64,000 nucleotides of DNA, taken from the NCBI GenBank assembly GCA_046727955.1, contig JBKPDO010000182.1:410-64409 (forward strand), given 5' to 3'. This document shows positions 38,432-48,469 of this stretch, piece by piece (position 1 is the first letter of the stretch; each line of letters begins with the position of its first letter). Position numbers and translations under genes: made by a program. The notes beneath the pieces are model-generated. The model did no database searches and was not told the origin of the DNA. It worked only from the letters and a program-made list of their open reading frames with translations. The DNA is from a bacterium. GTDB lineage: Bacteria > Actinomycetota > CALGFH01.

Positions 38432-41400
38432 GTGAACGTCCTTCACGGCAGCTGGTCGGCGGCCCAGGAGCTGTGCCTGTGGGCCGAGGACTCGACGCTC
38501 CCGGCCAAGGCTACCGGCCGGCGTGGCCGGCCATCGCGGGAGGCTCCGGCCCCCGCGCACCCATTCGCCTGCCCGGCGGAACGGCTTCGCGAAACCATCG
38601 CGCTCGGCGCTGTGGGCGCACCTGTCGCGGGGCTGGGCGGGAAGGCGGAGGCGCGCGAACTGACGCTCCTGCTGCCGTCGGTTGCGTCCGGGCCGCTGGC
38701 CTCGCCAGAGCTGGTCCGCGAGCCTATGCAGACCGGACGGGGCGCGGCGGCCGGCGCGACCAGGCGCGGCCTGGTGCTCGCGCCTTGGCGGGTGCCGGCA
38801 CTCGCCGTTGACGCCGCTGCGGCCCTTGAGCTGCTTGTGTACCTCGCGGCCGATGGCACCACAGACCCAGCCGCCGTTCCGGTCGGGACATCGCTGCGCT
38901 TCCTGGCCGAGCTGACCCGGCTGGCGCTCGACCTGGTGGGCAGGGGACGGGTCCTGCCGGCGCTGGTCGACGAGCGCGGCTGCCTGGCCGCCCGCTGGCG
39001 CCCCGTCGTGAGCGGTCAGGACGCCGAGCGGCTGCAGGCGCTGGTCCGCGCGATGCCGCCGGTCTGCCGAGCCGAGCAGAGGGACCGCTCCCTCGAGGGC
39101 CGCCAGTCCGCCGACCTGGTCGGCGACGCGCTGGACGCCCTCGCCGATGCCGCCGTCCGGTGGGCCGTTGCCGACGTGGCCACGAGCGGCCCAGCGGCCT
39201 GGCCCCTCGTGGGCCGCCGGCGGGGCGGCCGGCAGGGCCGGCGGTCTGCCGCCGAGCTGGCGACCGAGACCTGGCTGCAGGGTCTCGCCGCAGCCAGCCC
39301 GCGGGTCGAGGTCGACGCGGCCAGCGCGGCTTGGTTGCGCGAGACCCTTGACGCCTGGCGTGGCTCCGCGGTGCCACCGGCCGGTCCGTTACGGACCTGC
39401 TTCCGGCTGGTGGAGCCCGCCGGCGAGCCGCCAGAGGAGCGTTGGCGGCTCGAGCTGTTGCTGCAGGCGACCGACGAGCCGAGCCTGCTCGTGCCCGCGA
39501 CGCAAGTGTGGGGTGCGGGCGACTCGCTCACCGCGCTCGCCCGGCGCGTCGACCACCCGCAAGAGCGGCTCCTGACCGACCTTGGCCGGGCGAGCCGCCT
39601 ATACCCTGAACTGGAGGGAGCGCTTCGCGTCGCCAGGCCCGCCGGGCTGGAGCTGGACGCGGCCGGCGCCCAGCGGTTCCTCCGCGAGGCCGCGCCCATG
39701 CTGACCGAGGCTGGCTTCGGTGTGCTGCTCCCGTCCTGGTGGGACCGGCCCCGCGCCCGCATCGGGATGCGCATGACCGCTCGCGGCGCGGGCCAAGGAT
39801 CCGCCAAGTCCGCGGGGCTCGGGCTCGAGACACTGATCGACTACCAATGGGAGCTCGCGCTGGGAGAGGAGCCGCTGACCGCCGAGGAGATGGCGGAGCT
39901 GGCCCGGCTGAAGATCCCGCTGGTGCGGTTGCGCGGCCAGTGGGTGGAGCTGGACCCGCAGGCGCTCGCCCGCGGCCTGGACTTCCTGGAGCGGCGCGGA
40001 GCCGGCACGATGCCTGCGTCGGAGGCGCTCCGAGTCGGCCTCGGCCTGGCGGACGAGCCCGTGCCCGATCTCCCGGTGACCGGAGTCCAGGCCACCGACT
40101 GGCTCGGTGACCTCCTCTCGGACCAGGCTGAGCGCCGCCTGGAGCCGATGAGCACCCCGGTCGGGTTCGCAGGCCAGCTCCGCCCCTATCAGGAGCGCGG
40201 CCTCGCCTGGCTCGCTTTCCTCGGCAGCCTCGGGCTCGGCGCCTGCCTCGCCGACGACATGGGCCTCGGCAAGACCGTCCAGCTCCTCGCGCTGCTGGTC
40301 GCGGAGCGGACCCAGGCCGGCGGTGGACGGCCCAGGCCGACGCTGCTCGTCTGCCCCATGTCAGTGGTGGGCAACTGGCAGCGCGAGGCCGAGCGGTTCG
40401 CGCCGGACCTCGCGGTCCACGTGCATCACGGCGCCGAGCGGCTGGCCGGGGAGGAGCTCACGCGTGCCGTCGCCAGCGCCAACCTGGTCCTCACCACCTA
40501 CGGGCTGGCCGTCAGAGACCAGGAGGCCCTCGCCGCGATCGACTGGGGCCGCGTCGTCCTCGACGAGGCCCAGAACATCAAGAACGCCGCCGCCAAGCAG
40601 GCGCGGGCGGTCCGCGCCTTGACAGCCGGCCAGCGCGTCGCGCTGAGCGGCACGCCGGTCGAGAACCGCCTGGCCGAGCTCTGGTCGATCATGGAATTCC
40701 TGAACCCCGACCTGCTCGGGTCGGCGGGCGCGTTCCGCAGCCGCTACGCCGTCCCGATCGAGCGGGACGGCGACCGGCAGGCCGCCACACAATTGCGGCG
40801 CGCAACTCAGCCGTTCCTCCTGCGCCGCCTCAAGACCGACCGGTCGATCATCGCCGATCTGCCCGCCAAGCTGGAGATGAAGCTGCTCTGCAACCTCACC
40901 GCAGAGCAGGCCTCGCTGTACCAGGCGGTGGTCGACGACATGCTCGCCAGGATCGAGGAGAGCGAGGGCATCGAGCGCAAGGGCCTGGTCCTGGCGACCA
41001 TGAGCAAGCTCAAGCAGGTCTGCAACCACCCCGCGCAGCTCTTGCGGGACGGCTCACGGCTCCCCGGTCGCTCAGGCAAGCTCGCCCGGCTCGAGGAGAT
41101 CCTCGAGGAGGTGCTGGCCGGTGGCGACAAGGCCCTCTGCTTCACCCAGTTCGCCGAGCTGGGCGAGTTGCTGCGTGCCCACCTCAACGGCCGGTTCGGC
41201 CGCGAGGTGCTGTTCCTGCACGGCGGCACGACCAGGCGGCAGCGTGACGCGATGGTCGCCCGCTTCCAGGACGAGCCGGAGCCGGCGCTGTTCGTGGTGT
41301 CCCTGAAGGCGGGCGGCACCGGCCTGAACCTGACCGCCGCCAACCACGTGATCCACTTCGACCGCTGGTGGAACCCGGCGGTGGAAGAGCAGGCAACCGA

Positions 41401-41611
41401 CCGCGTCTTCCGCATCGGCCAGCGCAAGGACGTGCAGGTCCGCAAGTTGGTCTGCATCGGCACGCTGGAGGAGCGCATCGACGCCCTGATCGAGGAGAAG
41501 AAGGCGCTCGCCGAGCTGGTCGTGGGCAGTGGCGAGGGCTGGCTCACCGAGCTGTCCACCGAGCAGCTCCGTGAGCTGGTGGCGCTCGACCCCGAAGCGG
41601 TAAGCGAGTAG
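38432..41611 (+). CDS. SNF2/RAD54-family helicase with N-terminal SNF2-helicase-associated domain (HelZ-like)
   Basis: GTG start after a gaggaggacggagg RBS. Motif I LADDMGLGKTVQ, motif II LDEAQNIKN, and the helicase-C block LKAGGTGLNLTAANHVIHFDRWWNPAVEEQATDRVFRIGQ. The ORF-track start at 37820 overlaps the P450 gene and was rejected. Confidence 0.88.
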   Translation: MNVLHGSWSAAQELCLWAEDSTLPAKATGRRGRPSREAPAPAHPFACPAERLRETIALGAVGAPVAGLGGKAEARELTLLLPSVASGPLASPELVREPMQTGRGAAAGATRRGLVLAPWRVPALAVDAAAALELLVYLAADGTTDPAAVPVGTSLRFLAELTRLALDLVGRGRVLPALVDERGCLAARWRPVVSGQDAERLQALVRAMPPVCRAEQRDRSLEGRQSADLVGDALDALADAAVRWAVADVATSGPAAWPLVGRRRGGRQGRRSAAELATETWLQGLAAASPRVEVDAASAAWLRETLDAWRGSAVPPAGPLRTCFRLVEPAGEPPEERWRLELLLQATDEPSLLVPATQVWGAGDSLTALARRVDHPQERLLTDLGRASRLYPELEGALRVARPAGLELDAAGAQRFLREAAPMLTEAGFGVLLPSWWDRPRARIGMRMTARGAGQGSAKSAGLGLETLIDYQWELALGEEPLTAEEMAELARLKIPLVRLRGQWVELDPQALARGLDFLERRGAGTMPASEALRVGLGLADEPVPDLPVTGVQATDWLGDLLSDQAERRLEPMSTPVGFAGQLRPYQERGLAWLAFLGSLGLGACLADDMGLGKTVQLLALLVAERTQAGGGRPRPTLLVCPMSVVGNWQREAERFAPDLAVHVHHGAERLAGEELTRAVASANLVLTTYGLAVRDQEALAAIDWGRVVLDEAQNIKNAAAKQARAVRALTAGQRVALSGTPVENRLAELWSIMEFLNPDLLGSAGAFRSRYAVPIERDGDRQAATQLRRATQPFLLRRLKTDRSIIADLPAKLEMKLLCNLTAEQASLYQAVVDDMLARIEESEGIERKGLVLATMSKLKQVCNHPAQLLRDGSRLPGRSGKLARLEEILEEVLAGGDKALCFTQFAELGELLRAHLNGRFGREVLFLHGGTTRRQRDAMVARFQDEPEPALFVVSLKAGGTGLNLTAANHVIHFDRWWNPAVEEQATDRVFRIGQRKDVQVRKLVCIGTLEERIDALIEEKKALAELVVGSGEGWLTELSTEQLRELVALDPEAVSE

Positions 41612-41620
41612 GAGGCAGCG

Positions 41621-42571
41621 ATGGCAGGCTCCTGGGACGAGTGGCCGCCGCGCTCGCGGCCCCGGCGGGTCGAGGGCGGCGTCAAGGCACGCAGCCGTCG
41701 TGGCCAGATCGGCGAGACGTGGTGGTCGCGGCGGTTCATCGCCATTCTGGAGGCGCTCGGCATGGGCCCCCGGCTGCAGCGTGGTCGCGCCTACGCCCGC
41801 GCCGGGCAGGTCCTGGACCTGGCGGTCGTGCCGGGGATCGTCAGCGCCCGCGTGCAGGGCTCGCGGCCGAGCCCGTATCGCGTCCGCATCGCGCTCCCCC
41901 GGTTCGCTGAGGCGGACTGGGCTCGCGTTGAGTCGGCGCTCGCCACACGCGCGCTGTACAGCGCCAAGTTGCTGGCCGGCGAGCTGCCGCACAGTATCGA
42001 GGAGGTCTTCGCCAGCTGCGGGCTGTCGCTCTTCCCCGCGAGCGCCTCCGACCTCGAGATGTCCTGCTCATGCCCGGATTGGGCGGTGCCGTGCAAGCAC
42101 ATCGCCGCGACCTTCTACCTGCTTGCCGAGGCGTTCGACCGCGACCCGTTCCTGCCGCTCGCCTGGCGAGGCCGAGACCGGGACGACCTCCTCGCCCGCC
42201 TGCGCGGCCTGCGCGCTCTGACCAGCCCCGCGGCGGGTGTGTCCGGTAGCGCCGACGACGGTCGCCAGGACCGCGGCGCCACCGGGGAGCCGCCGCTGGC
42301 CGAGCAGCTCGACCGCTTCTGGGTACCGCGGGGCGACCTCGCCGCCTACCGCGGCGCGGCCTCCGCCGCCGCCCCCGATCTCCTCCTCCACCAGCTCGAG
42401 CCTCCTGCCGTCCAGGTCGGGCAACAGTCCCTCACAGAGCTGCTCCTCCCCGCCTACCGCGCAATGGCCGAGGCGCGAATGCGCATTGTCGAGACGATCG
42501 GAGATATTGCTCCCTTGCGGCGGACTGGGCTGCCGGGGCGGACTCCCATGAAGGACTCTGGCGCCAGTTGA
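41621..42571 (+). CDS. SWIM zinc-finger domain protein (helicase partner)
   Basis: CSCPDWAVPCKHIAA matches the SWIM C-x-C-xn-C-x-H signature. Starts 10 nt after the helicase stop. Confidence 0.8.
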   Translation: MAGSWDEWPPRSRPRRVEGGVKARSRRGQIGETWWSRRFIAILEALGMGPRLQRGRAYARAGQVLDLAVVPGIVSARVQGSRPSPYRVRIALPRFAEADWARVESALATRALYSAKLLAGELPHSIEEVFASCGLSLFPASASDLEMSCSCPDWAVPCKHIAATFYLLAEAFDRDPFLPLAWRGRDRDDLLARLRGLRALTSPAAGVSGSADDGRQDRGATGEPPLAEQLDRFWVPRGDLAAYRGAASAAAPDLLLHQLEPPAVQVGQQSLTELLLPAYRAMAEARMRIVETIGDIAPLRRTGLPGRTPMKDSGAS

Positions 42572-42609
42572 CCAGGACGTGCAGCAACGAGCGGTTGGGC
42601 GGCAACTCC

Positions 42610-43040
42610 TTACTCCAGGTTCCGCCCTTCGAGCGGCCCAGCTCCGTCGTCGATCCTCGTCGCACCGAGCATGTTGGCGGGCAGGTCATTTCCGTCGATT
42701 GTGCCGCCGCCCCCAGCGAGCACGTCCACGGCGACGGCCCCGTTGTCGTTGATCTGATTACCCCGGGCCATCACGCGGCCATTCGTCCCGATCACGATTC
42801 CGGCGCCGCCGTTTTGGACGATCACGTTGTCGTCGATCATCCCCACGCCCTCGATCACTACGATGCCGTCGTTCGGATGGCCGTAGACCGCGTTCCGCTG
42901 CACCTCGGCCTGGCCCCCCTGGACCCATACTCCGGCTCGGGCACTGCCGAAGATGCGATTCCGTTCGATGGTGGCCGTCGCTCCGCCGTGGACGAAGACG
43001 CCCGATCGACTCCCGGATCCGCCCTCCCCGTCCCTCTCGC
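42610..43040 (-). pseudogene. Right-handed parallel beta-helix repeat protein fragment (no start codon)
   Basis: Repeated NGxxGIxIxxN-type rungs (VIVQNGGAGIVIGTNGRVMARGNQINDNGAVAV). The reading frame begins immediately after the stop of the upstream ORF and has no initiator. Confidence 0.45.
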
Positions 43041-43057
43041 TTGAATGAATCGGCGGG

Positions 43058-43339
43058 CTACGCGTCGACGACGATGTTGTACCTGCTCAGGCCCCTCGCC
43101 GACTTAACCACAAGGCGGAAAGGGCCCGTCCAGCGGGGAGTAATGACGCAGTACGCGTCGCTCGCCGTGCTGATGTCCTCCGTGACCAGGTTCCCGTTCT
43201 CGTCGAAGATGTAAAGGTCGAAGTCCACGCCTGGCTCTTCCGGGCGGACGTAGATTCGGTGCTGGATACCCCCTCGCATGGCGATATCGAAATACTCACT
43301 AGCCCCCGGGCCGAGGACTCCTTCACCAATCAGCGCCAT
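43058..43339 (-). CDS. Stand-alone pre-peptidase C-terminal (PPC)-like domain protein, 93 aa
   Basis: YFDIAMRGGIQHRIYVRPEEPGVDFDLYIFDENGNLV fits the PPC jelly-roll consensus (...DLDLYLYD..G..V). Confidence 0.45.
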   Translation of the reverse strand: MALIGEGVLGPGASEYFDIAMRGGIQHRIYVRPEEPGVDFDLYIFDENGNLVTEDISTASDAYCVITPRWTGPFRLVVKSARGLSRYNIVVDA

Positions 43340-43710
43340 GACTCTCCCTCCTTAGGGCAAGCGCTACAGCTCCGAGGAACCAGAGGCGTCAAAAGGGCGA
43401 GCCTGCCAGCAGCCCCGGAATCTGAGGTTCCCCCGAAGTTCCCCAGCGACAGTGAATGTCTCCGACGTGCGGGTGTCAGTGCCTTGCATCACATGCAGGA
43501 CGTGATTCCCAGCACTCTCAACTGCAGTGACTGTGAGGCGGACCGCACCTGGGCGCTCGACCGCTTCCCGCCCCGACGACATCATCGTGCAACTGTTGGA
43601 GTGGAGACACCACCCCAAGGTCACCCCGCAGACGACCGTCCAGGACCTGCTCGCCATCGGCCTCTGGGCGCCTGTATGACGCTGGTGAACCTCTGGTGAA
43701 CCTCCACTGC

Positions 43711-46257
43711 CTACGGGGAGCTGGCGTTCCTGGCTGGCTGCGCGGACGCCGTGAGCCGGAGCGCCTCTGTGGGGGACAGCGATCGGCCTTCAGTGCGGGC
43801 CTCGTCGAACGCGGAGCGTCCCAGCCCCCGCTCTAGCGACCGGCGCAGCTTCTCGTCGGGCGGCTGCGGGGGCCGCCGGGATGAGCTGCCCGAACCACGC
43901 CGCGCGTCCGCGGCGCCAAGGAGTACGGCGGCCTCCCGCGGACGGTCCTCGGCGAACAGGATGGCTGCCAGGGCTTCGAGCGCGTCGACGACCACGGTCC
44001 CCTCTCCGGCGGGCTCGGCTGCCCCCACGCTGCCGCGCAGCAACTCGTCGGCGCGGGCGAACTGCCGCTGTTCGCGTGCCCGCTCGCCGAGCAGCTGGAG
44101 CCCCCTGCTGGTGCAGCGCTGGTCGCCGAGCCGCCGCATCGCCGGCACGCACTCCTCCAGCAGCTGCACCGCGTGGTCCCGGTCGCCGCGCAACCATGCG
44201 AGCCGCCCGAAGCCGAGCAGCGCGTGCGCGCGGTCGTGCTCGCTGCCGGCGGCCTCGCTCAGCGCCAGGCTCTCGGCCAGCCACCGTTGGACCTCGTCGT
44301 TGGCGACGCCGACGTCGATCGACCGGGCGGCCATGACATACAGGGTGTTGGCGACGCGCAGGTGGTCGCCGACCCGGCGAGACAGCGCCAGGCTCTGCCG
44401 CGCCCAGCGGAGCGCTTCGGCTGGCTCGACGGTGGCGAGCGCAAGACCCTGCAGCGCCCTCGCGCGCTCCCACGGGTGCTCGTCGCCGAACAGGGCCAGC
44501 GCCTCGTGCAGCGCGGGCAGCGCCAGCTCCGATCGGACCCCGTAGGTGGCGGCCGCGCCCACCGCCGCGGCCGCCTTGGCCCGCTCGGTGTCGCCGAGAC
44601 CGGAGGCGAGCTGGGCTGCGCGTTGGGCCAGGTCCAGCGCGGCTTCGTCGTCCCAGGGCTGCAGGAGGGTGCTGCCCGCGCTGAGCCCGGCGACAGCCGC
44701 GGGCGTGGCGGGCGGCTCACCGCGCTCCAGCGTCCGCCGGATCCACTCGTGGGCTTCGCGACGCTGCCCCGTGCCGTCCCAGAACAGCTCCAACGCCGAG
44801 ATCCAGCGGAGGGCTGTCTCGATGTCCCCGGCGCCGACGCTGTGGTCCAGCGCGGCACGCAGGTTGGGCTGCTCGATCGTCAGGCGGTCCAGCCACGCCC
44901 GCTGCTCCGGCCCGCGCAACCGCCCGGCGGCCAGCTCGGCCACCGCCAGGTAGTGGGCGGCGTGCCGCCGCCGGAGGTCGCTGTCGGCGCCGCTGGCGGC
45001 CAGCCGTTCGGCGGCGTACGCCCGGAGGCTCTCCAGCAGGCGGTATCGGGGCGTGTCGCCACCAGCGGCGGACACCAGCGACTTGTCCACCAGCGCCGGC
45101 AACAGCCGGACCACGGCGCCGCCGCCGGACCCGCCGGTGGCGCACACCGCCTCGACCGCGTCGTAGTCGAAGTCGGCCGGGAACACGCCGAGCCGGTCGA
45201 ACAGGGCGCGCTCTTCGTCGCCGAGCAGGTCGTAGCTCCAGTCGATCGCGGCCCGCAGCGTGCGGTGCCGCGGCAGGACCGTGCGGGCACCGCGGGACAG
45301 CAACTCGAAGCGCTGGTCGAGGCGCGCCACGAGCTCGGCCGGCGGGAAGCTGCGCACGCGGGAGGCCGCCAGCTCGATAGCCAGCGGCAACCCATCCAGC
45401 CGCTGGCACAGCGCCGCCACGGCCGAGGCGTTGGCGTCCGTCAGTGCGAAGCCCGGCGACGCGCCCACCGCACGGTCCACGAACAGGCGCACCGCGTCGT
45501 AACCGCCGGCGGTGGCCGCCCGGGACGATGCGCGCGGGATGGGGACGGGCAGCGGCCGCACCTCGTAGCTGACCTCGCCGGGGACGCCGAGCACCTCCCG
45601 GCTGGTGGCCAGCAGCCGCAGCTGGCCGCCGGCCGCGAGCAGGTCGGAGACGAGCTCAGCGGCCTCGGCGACCACGTGCTCGCAGTTGTCGACCAGCAGC
45701 AGACAGTGCAGCTCGCGCGCCCCGTCGCGGAGGCTGTCACGCACGGGGCGCGTCGGCTGCGGGCTGACGCCGAGTGCCCGCGCCAGCGTGTCGGCGACCA
45801 GGTCGGCGGAGGCAACGGCGGCGAGGTCGGCCAGGCGCACACCGTCGGGAAAGCGATCGGCGACCGATGCTGCCACATGCAGCGCGAGACGGGTCTTCCC
45901 CGCGCCAGCCGGGCCGGTCAGCGTGAGCAGCCGATGGCCCTGGAGCAACGCGGCGATCTCGTCCGTCTCGCGCTCCCGGCCAACGAAGCTGGTCAGCGGG
46001 ACGGGCAGGGCGGTGCCGAGCTGCGCCGCCCGGCCGATCTCCGCGCCCACCTCGACCAGGGCCGCCCGGTCGGCGACGCCGAGCTTGCGCAGCAGGGCGC
46101 TGATGTGGCTCTCCACCGTCCGCACGGAGATGTACAGGCGGTCGGCGATCTCGCGGTTGTGCAGGCGCTCGGCGACGGCCGACAGGACCTCGGCTTCGCG
46201 TTCGGTGATACCGGTTCGGGCCAGCCGCTCTGGCGGGCCGCCGTGGAGGCGGGCCAT
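43711..46257 (-). CDS. LuxR-family STAND regulator: N-terminal LuxR HTH + NB-ARC ATPase + TPR
   Basis: HTH LSAVAERLHNREIADRLYISVRTVESHISALLRKLG near the N-terminus, then Walker A GPAGAGKTRLA. Its NB-ARC block is paralogous to the 3838-7281 regulator (CEHV...LLATSREVLGVPGE versus [37 protein letters not shown]). Confidence 0.8.
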   Translation of the reverse strand: MARLHGGPPERLARTGITEREAEVLSAVAERLHNREIADRLYISVRTVESHISALLRKLGVADRAALVEVGAEIGRAAQLGTALPVPLTSFVGRERETDEIAALLQGHRLLTLTGPAGAGKTRLALHVAASVADRFPDGVRLADLAAVASADLVADTLARALGVSPQPTRPVRDSLRDGARELHCLLLVDNCEHVVAEAAELVSDLLAAGGQLRLLATSREVLGVPGEVSYEVRPLPVPIPRASSRAATAGGYDAVRLFVDRAVGASPGFALTDANASAVAALCQRLDGLPLAIELAASRVRSFPPAELVARLDQRFELLSRGARTVLPRHRTLRAAIDWSYDLLGDEERALFDRLGVFPADFDYDAVEAVCATGGSGGGAVVRLLPALVDKSLVSAAGGDTPRYRLLESLRAYAAERLAASGADSDLRRRHAAHYLAVAELAAGRLRGPEQRAWLDRLTIEQPNLRAALDHSVGAGDIETALRWISALELFWDGTGQRREAHEWIRRTLERGEPPATPAAVAGLSAGSTLLQPWDDEAALDLAQRAAQLASGLGDTERAKAAAAVGAAATYGVRSELALPALHEALALFGDEHPWERARALQGLALATVEPAEALRWARQSLALSRRVGDHLRVANTLYVMAARSIDVGVANDEVQRWLAESLALSEAAGSEHDRAHALLGFGRLAWLRGDRDHAVQLLEECVPAMRRLGDQRCTSRGLQLLGERAREQRQFARADELLRGSVGAAEPAGEGTVVVDALEALAAILFAEDRPREAAVLLGAADARRGSGSSSRRPPQPPDEKLRRSLERGLGRSAFDEARTEGRSLSPTEALRLTASAQPARNASSP

Positions 46258-46463
46258 AGGGGCATCTTGCCAGTTCGTGATGGGCGCTGGACACCCGCAC
46301 CTGGGCGGCTCCTCCACCGGCGCCACCCAGACGCCGTCCGTGCCGATATCCGTGCGTTGCACGGATGTGCCGCCGCCCGGCGCCCCCAACACTATGACAA
46401 GGGTGAACGCCCCTACCGCTGAACGACCCGACCGCCGGGTCGAAAACCAGAGAGGCAGGCACC

Positions 46464-46703
46464 ATGTACACCATCTCCGGTGATGAGATCGTCGCCCAGC
46501 ATGTGGCCGACCTGCACCGGCAGGCCGCCAAGCAGCGGCTGCTGCGGGAGCTGCGCGCCAGCCGCAAGCCGACCGTTCACCGCCGTCGGATCTGGGAGCG
46601 GCTGACCGTCCGACGCCCGCGACTGGCGGTCATAACGAGGACCCCGCCAGCGAGACCTGTCGTGGCCCGCGGTGGCCAGACAGCGGCTCGCCGCGCCAGC
46701 TGA
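46464..46703 (+). CDS. Hypothetical small basic protein
   Basis: agagagg RBS 8 nt upstream. Encodes MYTISGDEIVAQHVADLHRQAAKQRLLRELRASRKP... The C-terminal extent is uncertain. Confidence 0.3.
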   Translation: MYTISGDEIVAQHVADLHRQAAKQRLLRELRASRKPTVHRRRIWERLTVRRPRLAVITRTPPARPVVARGGQTAARRAS

Positions 46704-46719
46704 GTCAGGGAGGCTCCAG

Positions 46720-47183
46720 ATGCGCCTCCGGTCTGCTTACCGGCTGTGCGGGTGTTCAACCCGCCGCGGTGATAAGCGCTGCACACCCGCCCAGGGCTAC
46801 GTGGCCAACTACACGCGCTTGTTCGCGCTGCGGCCGGAGGTCCTCGCCGGCTGGGCGCAGCTCAACGGCGCCATCAAGCACGGAATGGACCTGCGCTCTA
46901 CGAGCTGGCCACGCTCGCCGCCGCCCGCGCCCTGCGCTCGACCTACTGCGCCATGGCCCACGGCCGGGTGCTGCGGGATCGGTTCTACGACCCCGAGACA
47001 GTGCGCCGCATCGCCACCGACCACACTCGCGCCGGCCTGACCCCGGCAGAGGTCGCGGTCATAGACTTCGCCGACCAGGTCGCCCGCGACGCCATCTCGA
47101 TCGGTCCCGACGACATCCAGCGGCTCCGCGCCCACGGGCTGTCACCCGAGCGCGCACGCGCGGTCTCGACGACCCAGACGTGA
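46720..47183 (+). pseudogene. Carboxymuconolactone decarboxylase (CMD/AhpD-like) family protein with a 1-bp deletion frameshift at about 46895
   Basis: QGYVANYTRLFALRPEVLAGWAQLNGAIKHGMDLR in one frame continues as YELATLAAARALRSTYCAMAHGRVLRDRF in the next. The break is at ctgcgc-tctacgag, where ctgcgcctctacgag is expected. Confidence 0.6.
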
Positions 47184-47260
47184 ACCGCCGGCCAGGGGTT
47201 GACCCGTTCGACCTCTAATGAGAGCGTCTCCGCACCGTCATCCGTCCGGAGGAGGGTCCT

Positions 47261-48394
47261 ATGCGCGCGTTCCGCGTCCTGCCCATCGTGTTGCTTCTCG
47301 CGCTCGGGGTGGCGCCCGCTGTGGCTGCAACGCCCAGCGTGGACGTCGTGGCGTCCGGGCTCGACAGCCCGCGACATTTGGCGTTCGGGTCGCGCGGGGA
47401 CTTGTTCGTGGCGGAGTCCGGCCGGGGTGGCAGCGGGCCGTGCTTTGTTGGTGGTGAGGGTCCCGCGTGCATGGGCGCCACGGGCGCAGTGACGAAGATC
47501 GACCGGTGGGGCCGCCAGTCGCGGATCGCCGAGGGCCTCGCCTCGTACGCGAACACGCCGGGCAACACAAACGCCATCGGCCCGCACGGCATCACCGTGC
47601 TCGGTGCCGATCGCGTCTTTGTCACCAATGGGGGGCCTACCGAACCCAAGGACGCATCCGGCTCGCCGATTTCTCGGGACACCCTGGCCGGGCAGAACCC
47701 GGTCGCTGATCTCTTCGGCCGACTGCTGCTGATCCAACACCACGGGCAGATCCGGGAGGTCGCCGACCTCTGGGCGTTCGAGCGCGCCGTGAATCCGGAT
47801 GCGGCGGTCGGCAATCCAGCGGTCGACTCCAACCCCGTCGATGTCCTCTTCGACCGCGGGCGCTTCGTGGTGGCCGACGCGGGCGGCAACGCGATCGACG
47901 TCGTGAATCCCTGGGGCGGCGTCTCGAACCTGGCGGTGTTCGCCAACCGCCTGGTTCCCAACCCGTTCGGCGGGCCGGAGATCCCGATGCAGGCCGTGCC
48001 CACTTCGGTCGTCGTGGGGCCCGATCGCCAGTACTACGTCAGCCAGCTCACCGGCTTCCCGTTCCCGCCCGGCGGCGCCAAAGTCTACCGCGTGGATCCG
48101 CGCACCGGAGCGGTGACCGTCTTTGCGAGCGGATTCACGAACATTATGGACCTCGCGTTCGGGAGCAATGGCACGCTGTACGTGCTCGAGATCGACCACG
48201 ATGGGCTTCTGGGAGGGTCCGCCGATGGCGGGCTGTTTGCCGTGTCCCCGGACGGGACGAAGCGGCAGATCGCCCTGGCCCCCGGGACGCTCACCATGCC
48301 CGGCGGCATCGCCGTCGGCAGCGATGGGCTGTATGTCACCAACAACGCAGGCTCGCCGGGCGGAGGGCAGGTGCTGCGCATCCAGGCGAGCTGA
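47261..48394 (+). CDS. ScyD/ScyE-family secreted beta-propeller protein
   Basis: Signal peptide, then SGLDSPRHLAFGSRGDLFVAESGRGG and repeated DGxLYV-type blades. Confidence 0.72.
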   Translation: MRAFRVLPIVLLLALGVAPAVAATPSVDVVASGLDSPRHLAFGSRGDLFVAESGRGGSGPCFVGGEGPACMGATGAVTKIDRWGRQSRIAEGLASYANTPGNTNAIGPHGITVLGADRVFVTNGGPTEPKDASGSPISRDTLAGQNPVADLFGRLLLIQHHGQIREVADLWAFERAVNPDAAVGNPAVDSNPVDVLFDRGRFVVADAGGNAIDVVNPWGGVSNLAVFANRLVPNPFGGPEIPMQAVPTSVVVGPDRQYYVSQLTGFPFPPGGAKVYRVDPRTGAVTVFASGFTNIMDLAFGSNGTLYVLEIDHDGLLGGSADGGLFAVSPDGTKRQIALAPGTLTMPGGIAVGSDGLYVTNNAGSPGGGQVLRIQAS

Positions 48395-48469
48395 TGCCAT
48401 CTGCGGGCCCAGCGTACGTTCGCGCTGGGTGGGCTCGATCTCGCGTGTGGCCGGGTCGGCCCTGTCCGA

